A stretch of DNA of 63,073 nucleotides, counting the filler, from Craspedostauros australis (taxonomy: Eukaryota), in NCBI GenBank assembly GCA_030167865.1. It is 11 parts of 11 records of this genome, joined end to end, with 100 filler letters (N's around TTAATTAATTAA, not from the genome) between each part and the next. Parts side by side here need not be neighbours in the genome. Positions count along the whole stretch, not along the records: positions 6,909 to 18,880 come from JALAGF010005872.1; positions 18,981 to 20,546 come from JALAGF010005873.1; positions 20,647 to 27,653 come from JALAGF010005874.1; 8 more parts are not named here. One strand, written 5' to 3'. The first letter of the stretch is position 1. Each line of letters starts with the position of its first letter. The notes under the pieces were generated by a model. The model was not told the DNA's origin and ran no database searches. It saw only the letters and a list, made by a program, of their open reading frames with translations. Made by a program: the position numbers and the translations under genes. Positions 11,148 through 24,779 of the stretch are shown piece by piece.

Positions 11148-14100
11148 TCATTCGTCATCGTTCTCAGCTTCCTCCTTCACCTCCAAACCGCGCAACGATT
11201 CGCTGAGCATGTCATCGAGCAGAGACTTCGTGCCTCGGGAGGACTTGGTCTTGCGGCTCTTCTTTTCGCCTGCACTTGATGGTGAATCGCTGAAGGGGAG
11301 CGGAACTGCCATCTTGGAAGACGATGCAACCATTGCCTTGCGACCTCCGGTCGTCATGGGCGTTTTCGATCTGCCGCCGCTGCTCTTTGTGGTCTCCGGC
11401 GATAGGAGGTTGGGCACGAACATGTTCATTGATCTCTTCGAACCGCCCATTGCGGATCTGTTGCGTCCCGTCGGTGCCGACTTTGGCACGGTGGGGAGAG
11501 AGCCGGAGCTCTTTCGCTTGATCTTTGGCGTCTTCGTGAGATGGTCGTTGTTGTGGCTGAGCACAGGGCCTGAAGTGCTCTTGCTGTCTCCCTTCCGTTT
11601 CGATTTGATGATCTCCGGTGACTGACAGTCTCCGTTTGGGGAATTGTCAGACTCCAAGGACTGGATGGGAACGCTGCGGAGCTTCCGTCTGCTCTTCGTA
11701 TCTGGATCATCCGACGAAGACATGGTTCTGGATCCTGATAGCTTTCGTCTCATGGATGGCGACTTGGAACGGCGCTTCGACTTGCTTGACGATCGTTCCC
11801 GACGCTCGCTCTTCTCTTCCGAATTTCTCGATCTGGAGACGGAGCGGTTGCGCCGTGGCTTGCGTTTGGATTGGGAACGAGATCGCGATCGTGCGTGGCT
11901 GCTCCTTCGCTCCATCTTCTCGCTGCTCGATGATGTCGCCGGTTCCGACGGCGATGGCTTCGAATTGATGGTCCGCTCCTTTCTTCGCGATCGGCTGGTT
12001 GATCGTCTATGTTTGGACGATGATCCTGACGTCGAGCTTCTCGCGCGCGATGTGCTGTTCGACCGCTTCTTCTTGCGCTCTTTCATGAGGAAGACGTCAT
12101 CGATCTGCAACGAAGCATCGGAGATCACGGACCCCCCGTCGGCTGATTCCGCCATTGCATGTTTGACCTCATCCAGGGAGTTTCTGAGAAAGTTGATGAT
12201 ATCTGAGCCAGCCTTTGCCGTCTTTGCCTTGTCCAACGGTGTTTCGCCATCGTCATTGGTTACCAGGATGGATCCCTTCGAGACCTTCGACAGGAGCTTC
12301 ACCACATCCAGCATGCTCTCGTAGCTCGCAGCATAATGCCTGTGCAGGTTTGAGTTGTGGTTCATTTGTCATTGGGTTTGTTGATTGCAATCAGGATCGA
12401 ATGTGGGGCAGAACAGCGTGTGTGCTTTGTCAGGTACCAACTCATCGTGCGATGTTCAACGCATTCACTAACACCAGCGACATTGTCAACACCAGCGCAA
12501 GCGCACGTCAGCGCAAGATGCAACGACCAGAGCATGACTTACAGTGGGATGTCATCATTCTTGTTGCGAACAATCGCAGCATCTGGATGCGCCTCCAACA
12601 AAATTCGTATGGTCTCGATCGGTGCCTGATATGCTGTCGCCACATGCAGAACGGTGTTGCCAGCACGATTGACCTCCTTGATGGCATGATGATTGGCAGA
12701 AAGGATGCTCTTGATCGCGCTTGCCTGCGATGCGGAGACATGAATCCATGCAACAAGGCACCAGCGGCATTTGGGAAGGAAAGGAATGAGTGTGTGAGTC
12801 CTGAGCGTCGCACCGCAGTGTACAATTGGTTCATCACCTCGCCTCGCCAAGAAATAAATGAACATGAAGCATACGTATCCATCACGCACGCGTGTTATGT
12901 GCATTGTCGCGACCTCTTGTTACTTACCGGCACCTGATACTGACACGCCTCATGCAAGACAGTGTTGCTTCCGCTCATGAGCGCCCTGGTCGCCTTGGGG
13001 TAGACCTTGACGAGGGCACGGATGACGGACGCGTCTGCCTTTTTCTTGACGGCGACATGCAGCGGCATGCGACCGCGCGTCGTTTCCATTTTGCTGGGTC
13101 TCGGATCTATGTCGACCAACGCTTTGACGAGTGCTCTGGTGGCTTTTCTATTTTCCGCCGCAATATGCAACGGCGTGCGACCCGTGTTGTCCTTGCGACT
13201 GCACGCCTGCTTGATGGCAAGGATTTGGACCACGTCCACGTTCTCACCGACTGAGGACGAAGCGCATGCCAAGTGCAAGGGAGTTGCACCGAACTGATCA
13301 CGCAGCAAGGATGCTTTGTGCGAGTATTTGGATTTCATGACGCGTCGGCAAATTTCGGGTTGCGCCTTGAACAATGCGCAGCAGTGCAACGGTGCCAGCT
13401 GTTGATTCGTAAGCATTGCGGACGAAGTGTGGAAAGCAAGGTGGTTGTGAGTGAGGACGGAATGCGTTGACGGCATGATGTGGTGGCCAATCGAACCCAA
13501 AAGGCCAGCCAACTGTTGACAACGCCAATAAATGCACTTACCGCCTCGCGATTCTTGACAAGCACAGGCGTGGTGGCTTCGTCCGCTTCCTCGCCCGTGA
13601 GGATGTCGATGAAGCGTTTGATTTTGTCATCGAGACCGGTCGTGCGCTTGCCGTATCGTTTGCGCGAATTGCTGGCGAATAGATGCAGCGGTGTGTCGCC
13701 CGCCTTGGATTGCTCGAGGATGCTGTCGGGATTGAGGGCGACGAGCTTGGTCGCCACGTCGATATCCATGCCCTTCTCGTGCTTGCAGGCTGCGATGTAG
13801 TGCAATGGCAGCATGCCGACGCTGTCGCATATTTTGGACGCCTCGGGATCGAACTCGATGAGCGTCTGCTGGATTGCCGCGTACGCGCCGAATCCCAGAG
13901 CGGCATGCAGCGGGGTGGCGCCGTTTTTGTTTTGGAGCGACGTGAATTTGACGGTGCCCGTGGCATGATCGGACGACGACGACGACGACATGCCGGATGG
14001 CGAACCATCGGGAGGCGCGGTGTGCTGGTACAGGATGGAATGCACGAGGGCGTTGCATTTGTTCTCGACGTAGGCGGTCGCCGAATCGGCCAGGAACGCA

Positions 14101-15185
14101 GGCGAGGAGACGAGCAGATGCAGGGGGATGTCGCCCTGGAAGTTGCGCACGTTGTGCGTGGACGGTGCGCCCTTGCTGAGAATCTCAATGATGGTGATAT
14201 CGATCTGGTTGGTGGATGGGTCCGATTCCAGGTTGGCGCATGCCAAGTGCATGGGCGTGTTGCCGTCGGCATCCTGCTTGATGAGGATGGCCTCGCGGCT
14301 GTGGAACGGGATGATGGAGACGAGTAGCTTGACGAGGGGGAGCGGGGCCTTCCACACGGCCGTGTGGATCGGCGTCGCCTTTGCTTTGGTGGTTGCGCAC
14401 AGCTCTGCCACGATGACGTCCTTGTCCTTCGTCTTGAGGTCTTCGACGGCGCTGAGCATCCCGTGCCAATCGGCCTTCTTCAAGAATTTGTGCAGATCCA
14501 CCGTGGGCTTGACGGCGGTCGCCAGCGACGCTGTTGGTGGCGCGGAGGCCGATGCAGACGCCGCCGATGCCACCGTGCCCGTGTCATGCGACGAGCCCTT
14601 CCTGCCTGGCGATTCCAGGGTGTTGTCGGTGTTGGAATCGACGGTGGGCGTGGTGGATCCCACCTCATCGAGCGCCTCGTGTCTGTAGGATTGCTTCTTG
14701 AGGCTGCTGTCGCTGCTGCGCATCTGGGCCATGTGATCGTCCAGATCCGTGGAGTCGGTGCGCGACAACGAGATCTCCACCTGGCGTCCGGCCATGCTGC
14801 TTGCGCTGTCGTTCAGCGGCGGTCTGGGTGGCGAGGGCGGTTGTTGTTGCTGTTCTTGCTGCTGTTCTTGCTGCTGTTCTTGCTGATGCTGCTGGTGAGC
14901 CACGATCATGGTGGCCACTTCCGCGGGATCCTTGAGGTCCACGGAGCCGTCCACCGTGACTTCCTCAAAGTCCACCTCCTCCTCGTAGTACTCGAACTCG
15001 TCATCGTCGTCTTCGTCGCCCACCTGGCCGAACGAGCCGCAATCGTCGTCGTCGTCGACGTACTCTTCGATGATCTCCTCTTCGTAGCCGTCTTCGGCGT
15101 ATTCCTCCATCGTCGATTGCCCATGGTGCTGCTCCTCCTCCACGACTTCCTCCATCACGTGCTTCGCATGCATGGCCGTCGCCAT
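11148..15185 (-). CDS. Ankyrin-repeat protein, 4 exons: 15185-13542, 13398-12928, 12724-12543, 12339-11148 (~1162 aa)
   Basis: Many G.TPLH ankyrin motifs. Three GTAAGT...CAG introns whose removal restores motifs in frame (KNREA|LAPLH, QVP|ASAIK, DDIPL|HYAA). Confidence 0.88.
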
Positions 15186-18100
15186 GGTCGCACTCTCGTG
15201 TTCAGATTCTGGGGTGTTCTCTTGTGTGCAGATTCTCAATGGTCTGGATGGTCTGAATGGTCTGAATGGCCTCAAGGGTGGTTTCTTGTTCGCACTTGTC
15301 TTCTGCTGTGTACTGTGGTGTGGTGGGATGTTGTGGTTGAGACAAAAGACTTCTTGCCAACGGTTGGTTTGCAGCCGTTCACTCTGCGCCCTGTGTATGG
15401 ATGAGGTGCGGCCTTGATCCTTGTGCTGTGAGTTGCTGCCCTCGACAAAGTGCCTCGATGAATTTCGGCGAAGGAATGTGTGTTGTGATGTGAGGATGGT
15501 GATCGTGGAGGTGTCGGCGGCGATGACAACGGCGATGCTGTTGTCGTCACGTTCCTCTCTCTCTTGTGTGTCAAACTCTTTCTTCCTGTGTTTCGCTGAG
15601 TCGGCCAAATGCAACAAGGATCCTATCTTTTCGCGCCGAACTTCTGTTCTTGTGTACGAGACTTTGAGTCGCGGAGTTGCTGTGGTGGTGGTGGTGGGTA
15701 TGGAAGCGAAGCCTTCGACCGCACTTGTCGCGCGGTACTAACCGTTTTTTGCGTCGGTGGCTTCTTGCTCAGCGATAATCCGCCTTGACAAACAAACCGA
15801 AAACGAGACAAAACGCGACTCTTCCCCCGCGCTTTTGATGTTCCGCTGTTGCGTATCTCGTTCTTGCTTTAGCGTCGCTGTTGGCGTTGTTATTTGAACA
15901 GAACCATCGAATAACAACGACCAAATCAATGAAGAACGTGGCAAGTGTGCAACCGATAACACCACCAAAATGGCTGCATCGTCCTAACATTCCAAATTCA
16001 CGAGGCTCTGTGCGCAGTTGTGGACATGCGACACGCATTCAGACGTGGAATATGTGTGTGTGTGATGCTTTGGTGTGCGCCATCGTGCCTGTCTTAATGT
16101 CGCTCTTGTCCTTTTCACGCCCTCAATCGTCACACTGTTACCACATCCTGTCGCACTTTCCTGCACGGCCCTAAGTGTTCCTTCTTCGTCACCCTCCCTG
16201 ACGTAGTGCGTGAAGCCTTCGGAGAAAAAGGACCCAAGCTGTGCAACGACAACAACACAAGAACCACAACCAAAACAATCGATTTCGATCGCCCAGCGCG
16301 CGACTGCTCGCACCTCACACGCAACGATGTGACGAACGCAATCCACGAGAAGTTGAGCAGCGCAACCAACCACACACAAACGTGAGTATGGTGCCAATAC
16401 TCTCCGGTTAGACTTGCGTCTTGCTAACTGCAGGCCAGTAATCGTAGTGGCAAGTTACTACATGTTGGAGGAAAAGCACGATATTGTGCAAGGCAGAATG
16501 AGCAAAGGCCAAATCAACTTTCGTTTGCTCATGGCGAGATAACGCTCCATCCACCCCCATGCTCTTCTGTTCATCCTTGCTCGACTTCCTCCAGATGCAA
16601 TCTCGTTCCAGTCCAGTGTGTACGAATAGAGTTCCTTGGGTTTGTGCCATGGATACGTTGATGGTACAAACACTTTGCCTCACATTTTCATCACCACTTG
16701 TACAAGTACCAGGCAATACATGAACAGGAACAATTGCATGCATCGGTGATGATGGAAAAGAGATTCCTAAGCTGCCTGATGCTGTTCCATCCAACCCTGT
16801 CCCATCGAAGGATGCCTCAGGCTCCACCTGATCCTAATTTCCTTGCTCTGCCCAATCACGTTCGGGAAAAGATGATGAACACATGATAAAGCCAAGCGAG
16901 ATTGCAAAGCACCTTGGAGACGCAGGGGCGAAGGATCACGATTGGATTCCGATGTGAAAGCAAGCAGAGGAACAAACACACATCATGGTCTTTGTCATGA
17001 GGCATCAGTGCGCTTCTGGTTCTCAATGGAGCTTTTTGAACTGTCAATATTCCGACTGACCTTCACCCGCTTCGCATTCGCTGGTTCTCACAAACCGTGA
17101 TAAAACGTCATTTGCATGTCCATCGTACGAAACACGGTTTTGACAACCTTCTTCGACACATTCAACCGCATTCTATTTGTATATTGCCCCGTATCCCAGA
17201 ACGTCGCCGAAAGTCCATTTTGGACAGCCTGCAACGACTCACAAGGGACACATACGGCCGTTCACGTTTCGGAACACAGCAACCCGGTTCCAGACCTGTT
17301 TGTCCTCCACAACGCGCCAACGTCCCACTTTTGCCCCAAAACAATGGACCCAGGAGCAATCCTATCGAATGCACCAACTGAATTGACCAGAGCACAAGCA
17401 CGTCTTGGAGCACACGGTGGAGCCAAATCTCATACCCTCTCTTGCAACCGCAGAGTTACAAACTACGAGTAGATCATGAAGGAGGAAGAGAGCCTGCTTT
17501 CTCACGCTGTTGTTCACGTGACGATTCCAACATGCCTGCCTGAGGCGTTCGATTTCGTGTGTCCGTTCGGTTTGGCTTCTTCGTGTTGATTGATTGGTTG
17601 GTTCCTTGAGTTTTCTTGGGCCTCATGGCTTTTCTGTTCTTCGCTCCTCCACGACTCAATGGATAGAGTCGTTCTGTCTGGCCTTCTTCCAACGTCGTGT
17701 TCATCCAAGTTCGCGAGTCGTCACCAAACTTCACGAGTCTTCGATGTCGTTCATGCGGCAAATAACCCGAAGAAGAAGCAAGCTGGAAATGCCCACGTCG
17801 CCAGCTGCGTCCCATGTCGCAAGAATTCGTGGCTTGTGTTCCGTTTGGACTCACACGATCGGTGCCCCACGAATAGCATGACGAACAAGAAAACTCTTCT
17901 CCCACAAACATACTTATCCCCTGGGCAAGATGTGACGTTCTTCATAAGTGTATTGGGACATGTCACACGACTCATGGTCGTTTTGCTCGTATTTTTCAGA
18001 TAGCGAAGAACATCCATCCCCAGCGTGTTGGAAGCAACCGCGTTTCAAATCAAACGTTTGGGTCGTGTCGGCCAACAACAAAGCGTTCAACGTGACAGTT

Positions 18101-18563
18101 TTGTGAGAATTCAAGATCATCGACGAACACGAATGGAACGACCGGTGAACGCTTCGTTAATTGTTCGTAGGTTGGTTGCTGTTGTATAGTCTGAATGACG
18201 CTGGGGAGGATTCGTGCTGTTGTGTCGTAGACACTTCGGTGGGATCCTATCGACACTTTCTGCTCATGAAAACGAAAGCGGCAAAACAACCCAACGCAAC
18301 ACGATCCAGCTCAACCCCATTCATCAACGCACTCTTCGCGCTACTGTTTGTGGAATGTGCGGTTGTGTTGGTACGAGGAGTGCGTGAAGACAGACCCATA
18401 GGTGAAGAAACACCATCAACACACGATCACACGAAGACGCCATTGATCGAAGTGCCTGCATGATTGACGACCTCAGTTTGCCGGCAAAAGACAACTCGAG
18501 GACATGAGGGCACAACAAAAAGGGCTGGGCAAACACAATCACAAATCAACGACAAACGAATAA

Positions 18564-18880
18564 GAGCCCGATCAGTGAGTCGACCAACACTTTGAAATAG
18601 ACCTCCAGAAATTTTCTCTTCTACATACTAACCAAGCACATATTCGTAATCCCTTTAGGTCTAATACAAATAATTAACCGTTACATTTTTGAGTTAGATC
18701 CTATTTTAAGTTTTACAGACCGATGGATATGCGCAATTTTCGATCTCTCTCGGGTTTCAGCCTTTCGCCTACGACTACATCGATCNAANTTAACCCTTTG
18801 CTGTTCTTCGTTTCAGCGACGTTGTTCCCATTTTGAATTGTTTAGTCTCTTTTTGAGGTGTTCCGATCAGACCATCCAAC
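18564..18880 (-). mobile_element. Terminus of Sola-like element (copy)
   Basis: Reverse complement of the ~2930-3248 and ~33500-33660 regions; begins ATAA|GAGCCCGATCAGTGAGTCGACC. Confidence 0.75.
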
Positions 18881-18980
18881 NNNNNNNNNNNNNNNNNNNN
18901 NNNNNNNNNNNNNNNNNNNNNNNNTTAATTAATTAANNNNNNNNNNNNNNNNNNNNNNNNNNNNNNNNNNNNNNNNNNNN

Positions 18981-20546
18981 TACAGAACTCACATCGTGAA
19001 CTTCCAACACCAACTCACGTTCAATCCGGAACTGGTCACCATCAACACGATCAGAGGAGTACTCTGCACTGCATATGCCACTCACAGAGGAGGCAAGGCA
19101 TACGTCGACGACTTCCAAGACAGCAACACGAAGAGCAACGATACCGGCTTCACAAGCACCGGTAACTTCAAGGGTACTTGTCACAACTGTGGTGTGTATG
19201 GCCATAGATCCGCCGATTGCCCAGAACGCAAGAAATCGAACAACAAGAAAAACAACAACAACAACAANNNNNNNNNNNNNNNNNNNNNNNNNNNNNNNNN
19301 NNNNNNNNNNNNNNNNNNNNNNNNNNNNNNNNNNNNNNNNNNNNNNNNNNNNNNNNNNNNNNNAAAGAAGAAGTTCAACGAAAGCAAGAAGAACAACGAA
19401 CAAGCCAACGCGGCTACGGAAGGACACGACAAGAGCGGGCACGAGATGGTACTCTCTGCAAAGGATATGCCGCTCTGCATGTTGGTGTCCGACAACTACA
19501 TCGAAGACTCCTTCTTCGATAACTTCGTGTGCGTTGGAAGTGACGACGAAGTACAGGATGATGAGATCGTCCCGGAGTGGCTCGACGAGGAGCCAATCAT
19601 CCACGAGGTGGATCCAAGACGCGAAGTGAGCTACGAATGCTGCTTCAACGCGCACGACCTGATCGGTTCATACNNNNNNNNNNNNNNNNNNNNNNNNNNN
19701 NNNNNNNNNNNNNNNNNNNNNNNNNNNNNNNNNNNNNNNNNNNNNNNNNNNNNNNNNNNNNNNNNNNNNNNNNNNNNNNNNNNNNNNNNNNNNNNNNNNN
19801 NNNNNNNNNNNNNNNNNNNNNNNNNNNNCAACAGATCGGGCATCTTCGACGAGGATGACAGCGACGAATCCGAGGACGGCAATCATCCAGACGACAGCTT
19901 CAATCCAAACGAGCGCGTCGTCTACCCAGGGAACATGGACTTCCCACCTATTGAAGATCTCAACAGCGTCGATTACCTCCTCCGTCACAGCACCATCCCG
20001 AATGCAACAGCAACAGCATTGATAATCCAAAAGCAGCTCATCTTNNNNNNNNNNNNNNNNNNNNNNNNNNNNNNNNNNNNNNNNNNNNNNNNNNCCAATC
20101 ATCCACGAGGTGGATCCAAGACGCGAAGTGAGCTACGAATGCTGCTTCAACGCGCACGACCTGATCGGTTCATACGGCTACGCAGCTGAGATGGACGACG
20201 AGGCCAACGATAGCGACATCGAAGAGGCCATGAGCGATGACGACGACGACGACGACGCCAACGAGGACGGCGCAGATGAAGACGACGAAACGAACCGCGC
20301 CGCGGCGCCGCCTCCTCCAGCGGCGGGGAACAACAGATCGGGCATCTTCGACGAGGATGACAGCGACGAATCCGAGGACGGCAATCATCCAGACGACAGC
20401 TTCAATCCAAACGAGCGCGTCGTCTACCCAGGGAACATGGACTTCCCACCTATTGAAGATCTCAACAGCGTCGATTACCTCCTCCGTCACAGCACCATCC
20501 CGAATGCAACAGCAACAGCATTGATAATCCAAAAGCAGCTCATCTT
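18981..20546 (+). mobile_element. Ty1/Copia gag region fragment
   Basis: CCHC zinc knuckle FKGTCHNCGVYGHRSADCP (19179-19220) followed by an N/K-rich and acidic linker; gap-flanking duplication. Confidence 0.75.
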
Positions 20547-20646
20547 NNNNNNNNNNNNNNNNNNNNNNNNNNNNNNNNNNNNNNNNNNNNTTAATTAATT
20601 AANNNNNNNNNNNNNNNNNNNNNNNNNNNNNNNNNNNNNNNNNNNN

Positions 20647-21834
20647 TCTTGCAACACCATTGCGGACCTTGGAAATGGCGCGCAGACGTTGCCCGTTTGA
20701 TCCCGTGACGGTCTTGAGTTCGATGAAGGTTTCGATGTCCTTATCGGTGAAGACCTCGTGGCGGTATCTGGTGCCAACCTCGCATGGTTGGGTGGTGCGA
20801 CCGATGATGGATGGGATTTCGAACTGCGCATTCAAAAACTGGCGGAACAAGGCGCGATGGGATTGGATTGGTGTTTTGGTTGTATCCTGTTGATCTTCGA
20901 TCCACTTGGCGAAGACATCGTCCAAGTCCGAGAATGACGATGCCTCGTATTCTGCCTCCATCTGGTCGAGGGCTGCGCTCGTCACACCGAACGTTGTTTG
21001 CTCCAAGAAGCGAGAGATGATGTCACGGTCTGAGTACGCCGGCGCATTGAAGGTCTTGAGCTCGTAAGTGTGGCCCTCCTCTAGAGCTGGCAGTTGGACC
21101 CAGCAAGCGCGTCTGCGGCACCGAGTGATTTGAACCGAGTTGGGAGATGATTCCATTGCTTCCGTGGAGCCGATCACTTTCCAAGCTTTCCTGTTGTAGG
21201 ATCGTGCAATTGGCTGGAAGGACGTCGTGGATGAGGAGACACGGATGAGGGTGCACAAAGGAGTAGAATGCACGATTCGGATGCTCCCAGGGCTGACTGC
21301 CACTGTGGGTTGCGATTCATCGCTGGGGCACGAATAGGTCTGCACCGTTGCTCGGCGGCTGGCACTGGTGTCGTCGTTTTCCTCTGTCACAACGTCGCGG
21401 ATGTTCACCTCGACGGATGGCGAGTCGGCGCCATCGTTGAGGATGTCACCGTTGTCGTGGTAACTCGGGGAGTCGGTGTGGCCACTAACATCGCTGCTGA
21501 TGCTGTCAACCTTGGCAGTGCTGAGATCATGAGCTGTGCTGCCATTGCTACTGCCGGCATGACCACCTGTGCCTCGGACCACCAGGATGGTTCCAGAGAC
21601 GATCACCGCGAGGACCAGCAGCGGCAAGGTCAGCCACACGCGCAGGCGGCGGGGGTTGCCCGAAGCGTCGCTGGGATCGATGTCCCGCCCAACTTCGTTC
21701 ATGGACGATGCGAAAGCTGAACGCGGTGGGCGGCTTGCGGGTGCAATGTTCTCATCGTGGACCGATGGTTCGAAGGTGGGAGTTCCACGGTCGTTTGGCG
21801 GCGGTTGGTTCCAACCAGACTCAGAGGAGGGCAT
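20647..21834 (-). CDS. Membrane-anchored DUF1800-like protein, N-terminal part (3'-truncated)
   Basis: ATG 21834; TM helix VWLTLPLLVLAVIVSGTILVV; motif SRFLEQTTFG...FAKWIEDQ...SHRALFRQ resembles the DUF1800 N-terminus. Confidence 0.65.
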
Positions 21835-23017
21835 GTTGGTGAGGCTGGTTGGGCTGGTTGGGTTTGTTCGTTGTTTGGTTAGAGTTTGGGGTTTGTGATT
21901 GTTCACAAGATGGTATAATTGTTTTTATGAGATGTCCAGAGAGATCATCGCCAGTTGATCACTCCTTCCCTTTTGCCTGTGTTTCTTGTGCTTCCTGCGT
22001 CTTGTGGGGCGCTCGTTGGTGAAGTCAGGAACATTCACAGTATGGTGGATGATTACGAAGCATGCCCAGAGAGGTCAAGAGAGAGAGAGGGGGGTAATCC
22101 ATTTCGATGTCCTTGTATCGACATGTGTTGCGCACCACAGTCCGGTGTGCATGTCGAGCTCGCCTCTTGTTTGCATTACGTTGCTGTGGTTGGATCGCCC
22201 GCGAAGACCGCCCAAGGCGATGCCGAGAATTCCTTTGCGCCTCTGTGGCTGTTTCCCGACCCAACGAGACTGCGAATGGATCCGTGGGATTCCCACTGTC
22301 ACGAACCGAAAAGCCCGCGAAGAGCACAAGGAATTGCGCAACATGAGGTTCGTCGAGGACTGCTTAAATCTCGTACCACTAGTACGGCTGCGTCGGTATC
22401 ACCGAATTAAATCTGTGCGTCCGTGTGGATTGGCGCTGCTGTTGGATACCACAACACGACAAATTCTCCGACACCCGCAGTTCCCAAAAGGACTGCTGAA
22501 AGGCCCTATGCTGGCTTTCCGCCGTTAGTTGTTGCGAGATGGCGTAATACAACGAGTCGCGAACGATCAGTTGTGACTGGCTGAAAACGCGGGACGAGAT
22601 TGGCACGCGCCGTGGTTTGGAAACCAAGAATGATTGTGTCGCATGTCATCGCAATCATCATAATTGTTGTGATGGATGGCGGCAAGGAAATGTCACAGGA
22701 CGCTTAATGAAAATGGTATCATCGAAGCATCAGTCACGCCCACCGCGACACCACGAAAGGTGTTGTTTGCTCATTCACAGTTGTTCGGCGATACCAGTCA
22801 AAGCGTGGAGGTTGAGTCGTGACGAGATCCACAATGTTGATCACGATTTGACTCGGTCGTATGAATCGCACGTCCTTCTGTTGTTGTTGACTGGTCTGTT
22901 TGTATTTGTAAGTGAGTAGACAGCTGTCTGTTTGAAACAACACCGCCAACTCATCAATAATTCAGACAGACAGACATGTGAAAAGTCATGAAAAGGGTAT
23001 TTACCAAGTTGGGTGAA

Positions 23018-23252
23018 AAGAAACTCAGTTGGAATTCGTGCTCCGTTGATGACACAATTCGGTGGACAAGCTTCGCGAACTGCCGGTTTCAGGTTAACCG
23101 TGCAATGCAGTTCAGGAGGAGTGAACTTGTGGAAGAAATGAAACTGTAACGATGAGTAGAGTAGTGCTGTTTGTACTAGTCTCGGCTTATGGTAGTATGA
23201 GTTTGTTTGTAGTCTTAGTGGGATGAAGAAACGATGTCACACAGTTGAAACG
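23018..23252 (-). mobile_element. LTR family C fragment
   Basis: Reverse-complement similarity to 60820-61103 (CTACTCATCGTTACAGTT, GAACTGCAT, CCGGCAG, CCACCGA). Confidence 0.65.
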
Positions 23253-24156
23253 TGTTGGAAATCTGGGGTACCCCAGTCTCTAGTAGTCGTATCTGGTTAC
23301 CTATTCATGTTATTGCATTGTTGGAACTGTGAGTACAACATCTTCATCACTTTCAATTCCATTTGCCAAAGCATACATATTCCACAGTAGCACACAGTCT
23401 TGCCCTTGCTCATGCAGTGCTGTCCTCCTGCTTCATCATGTCATGCAGCATGTACTCCATGGACATCTCATCTTGCAGTGTTGATGCATCTCATCATGCA
23501 TCTCAGATGTTCCGTCTCCTGCCCTCTACCAATAGTTTCATTAGCATAAACATTGCTGAGTCGTAGGCATCACACAGATTGGTTCATTCGATCAGATCAC
23601 GATCTCCCATTTGTCACAGGAGCACCCTGGATGGGAGCTCATTTAGCTCCTCATCATCACACATCTCCGATCATCTCCGATGCTTCTCCGGTAATTTCTC
23701 TGATCACTTCACCGATCACTTCACTGGCTTCCTGGAGGTTCCTCATCAACAGGTTCGTTCACAGGCCATCTCACACTTCGTGACATCGGCCTTCCTCCAG
23801 TACTCTTTTTCATTGGTTGCGACATGGGGGCCGTAGTCGCGTGTATCGTGATGTTGGTCACAATTCCAACATCCCTGCCCCCTGTGACATACACGTGTGA
23901 TTCGCATTCCTGCATTGAGGTCACGGACACCTTAGTCCGGTTCGCATTCGGCACGTGGCGTTCTCCACCACAAGACACGTGCAGCTCACATTTTCTGTCA
24001 CAAAGATCCACAGGTTGGGGTTGCGGTAATGTATCGTATCATGACATTCGACTCCTGATCATTGGGAGGTGCGGTAATGTATCATTCCACAATGCTCAAC
24101 TCTACACCATTGGGAGGTGCGGCAACTTGGTGTTTCACAACACCCGATTCTTGACA
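23253..24156 (+). mobile_element. LTR family B, solo-LTR-like
   Basis: Starts TGTTGGAAATCTGGGGT (cf. 62030, 62778) and ends ACACCCGATTCTTGACA (cf. 60735); internal TGGGAGGTGCGG repeats at ~48-bp spacing; no clear TSD. Confidence 0.7.
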
Positions 24157-24779
24157 AGCATAGTTCCAAAGGTGAGATGTGAGTCAGGTTGGTCATGTGT
24201 TGAGTCATGATAGATTCATGAATGGAGGAGAGAAAGAAAGGGGAACAGATTTTGTAGTCGATCAAGTCGTATGATTTCGCGCCAAAAACGAGAATTTCTC
24301 CCGTCGGAGATGGACACCGTGTCCGTTGATAGTCTGTCCATGATTGAATTTCAACTAACTTCAACTTGGACAATGAACACCGTGAAACAAGAATCAGTAT
24401 GGTTGTCGCAACACCGTTTTGCATTCTGTGCAGGTAGTGCGATTGTGCTCGTCTGAAAGAGCGTTGGTCTTCGGTGTTCTGCCAGGGCAGCAGACGCAAA
24501 TGTCAAAGAGAGCGATTTTCCGAAGAAACAAGACAAGTCCACATTGCCACATTCGCGGCTCTGGCGTCGACTGCCGCTGCCTCTTGCAAAGAAGAGATAC
24601 GAGCGCATGCGAATTGGTTCATCACCTCGCACATCGCAACCGAAGATGCGACATCCAACCCCCTGCGCCCATACAGAGACTAAGATCACAAACTGAAACC
24701 GGAACTTACACCTCAAAGTTGACATCCACAGGGCTGTACCACAATTTGGACATCCACAACGACCGAATCGACGATCGCA

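Noticed and set aside
15700..18550. Short ORFs between the ankyrin gene and the transposon end
   Set aside because: No recognisable motifs or consistent exon structure; degraded genes cannot be excluded.
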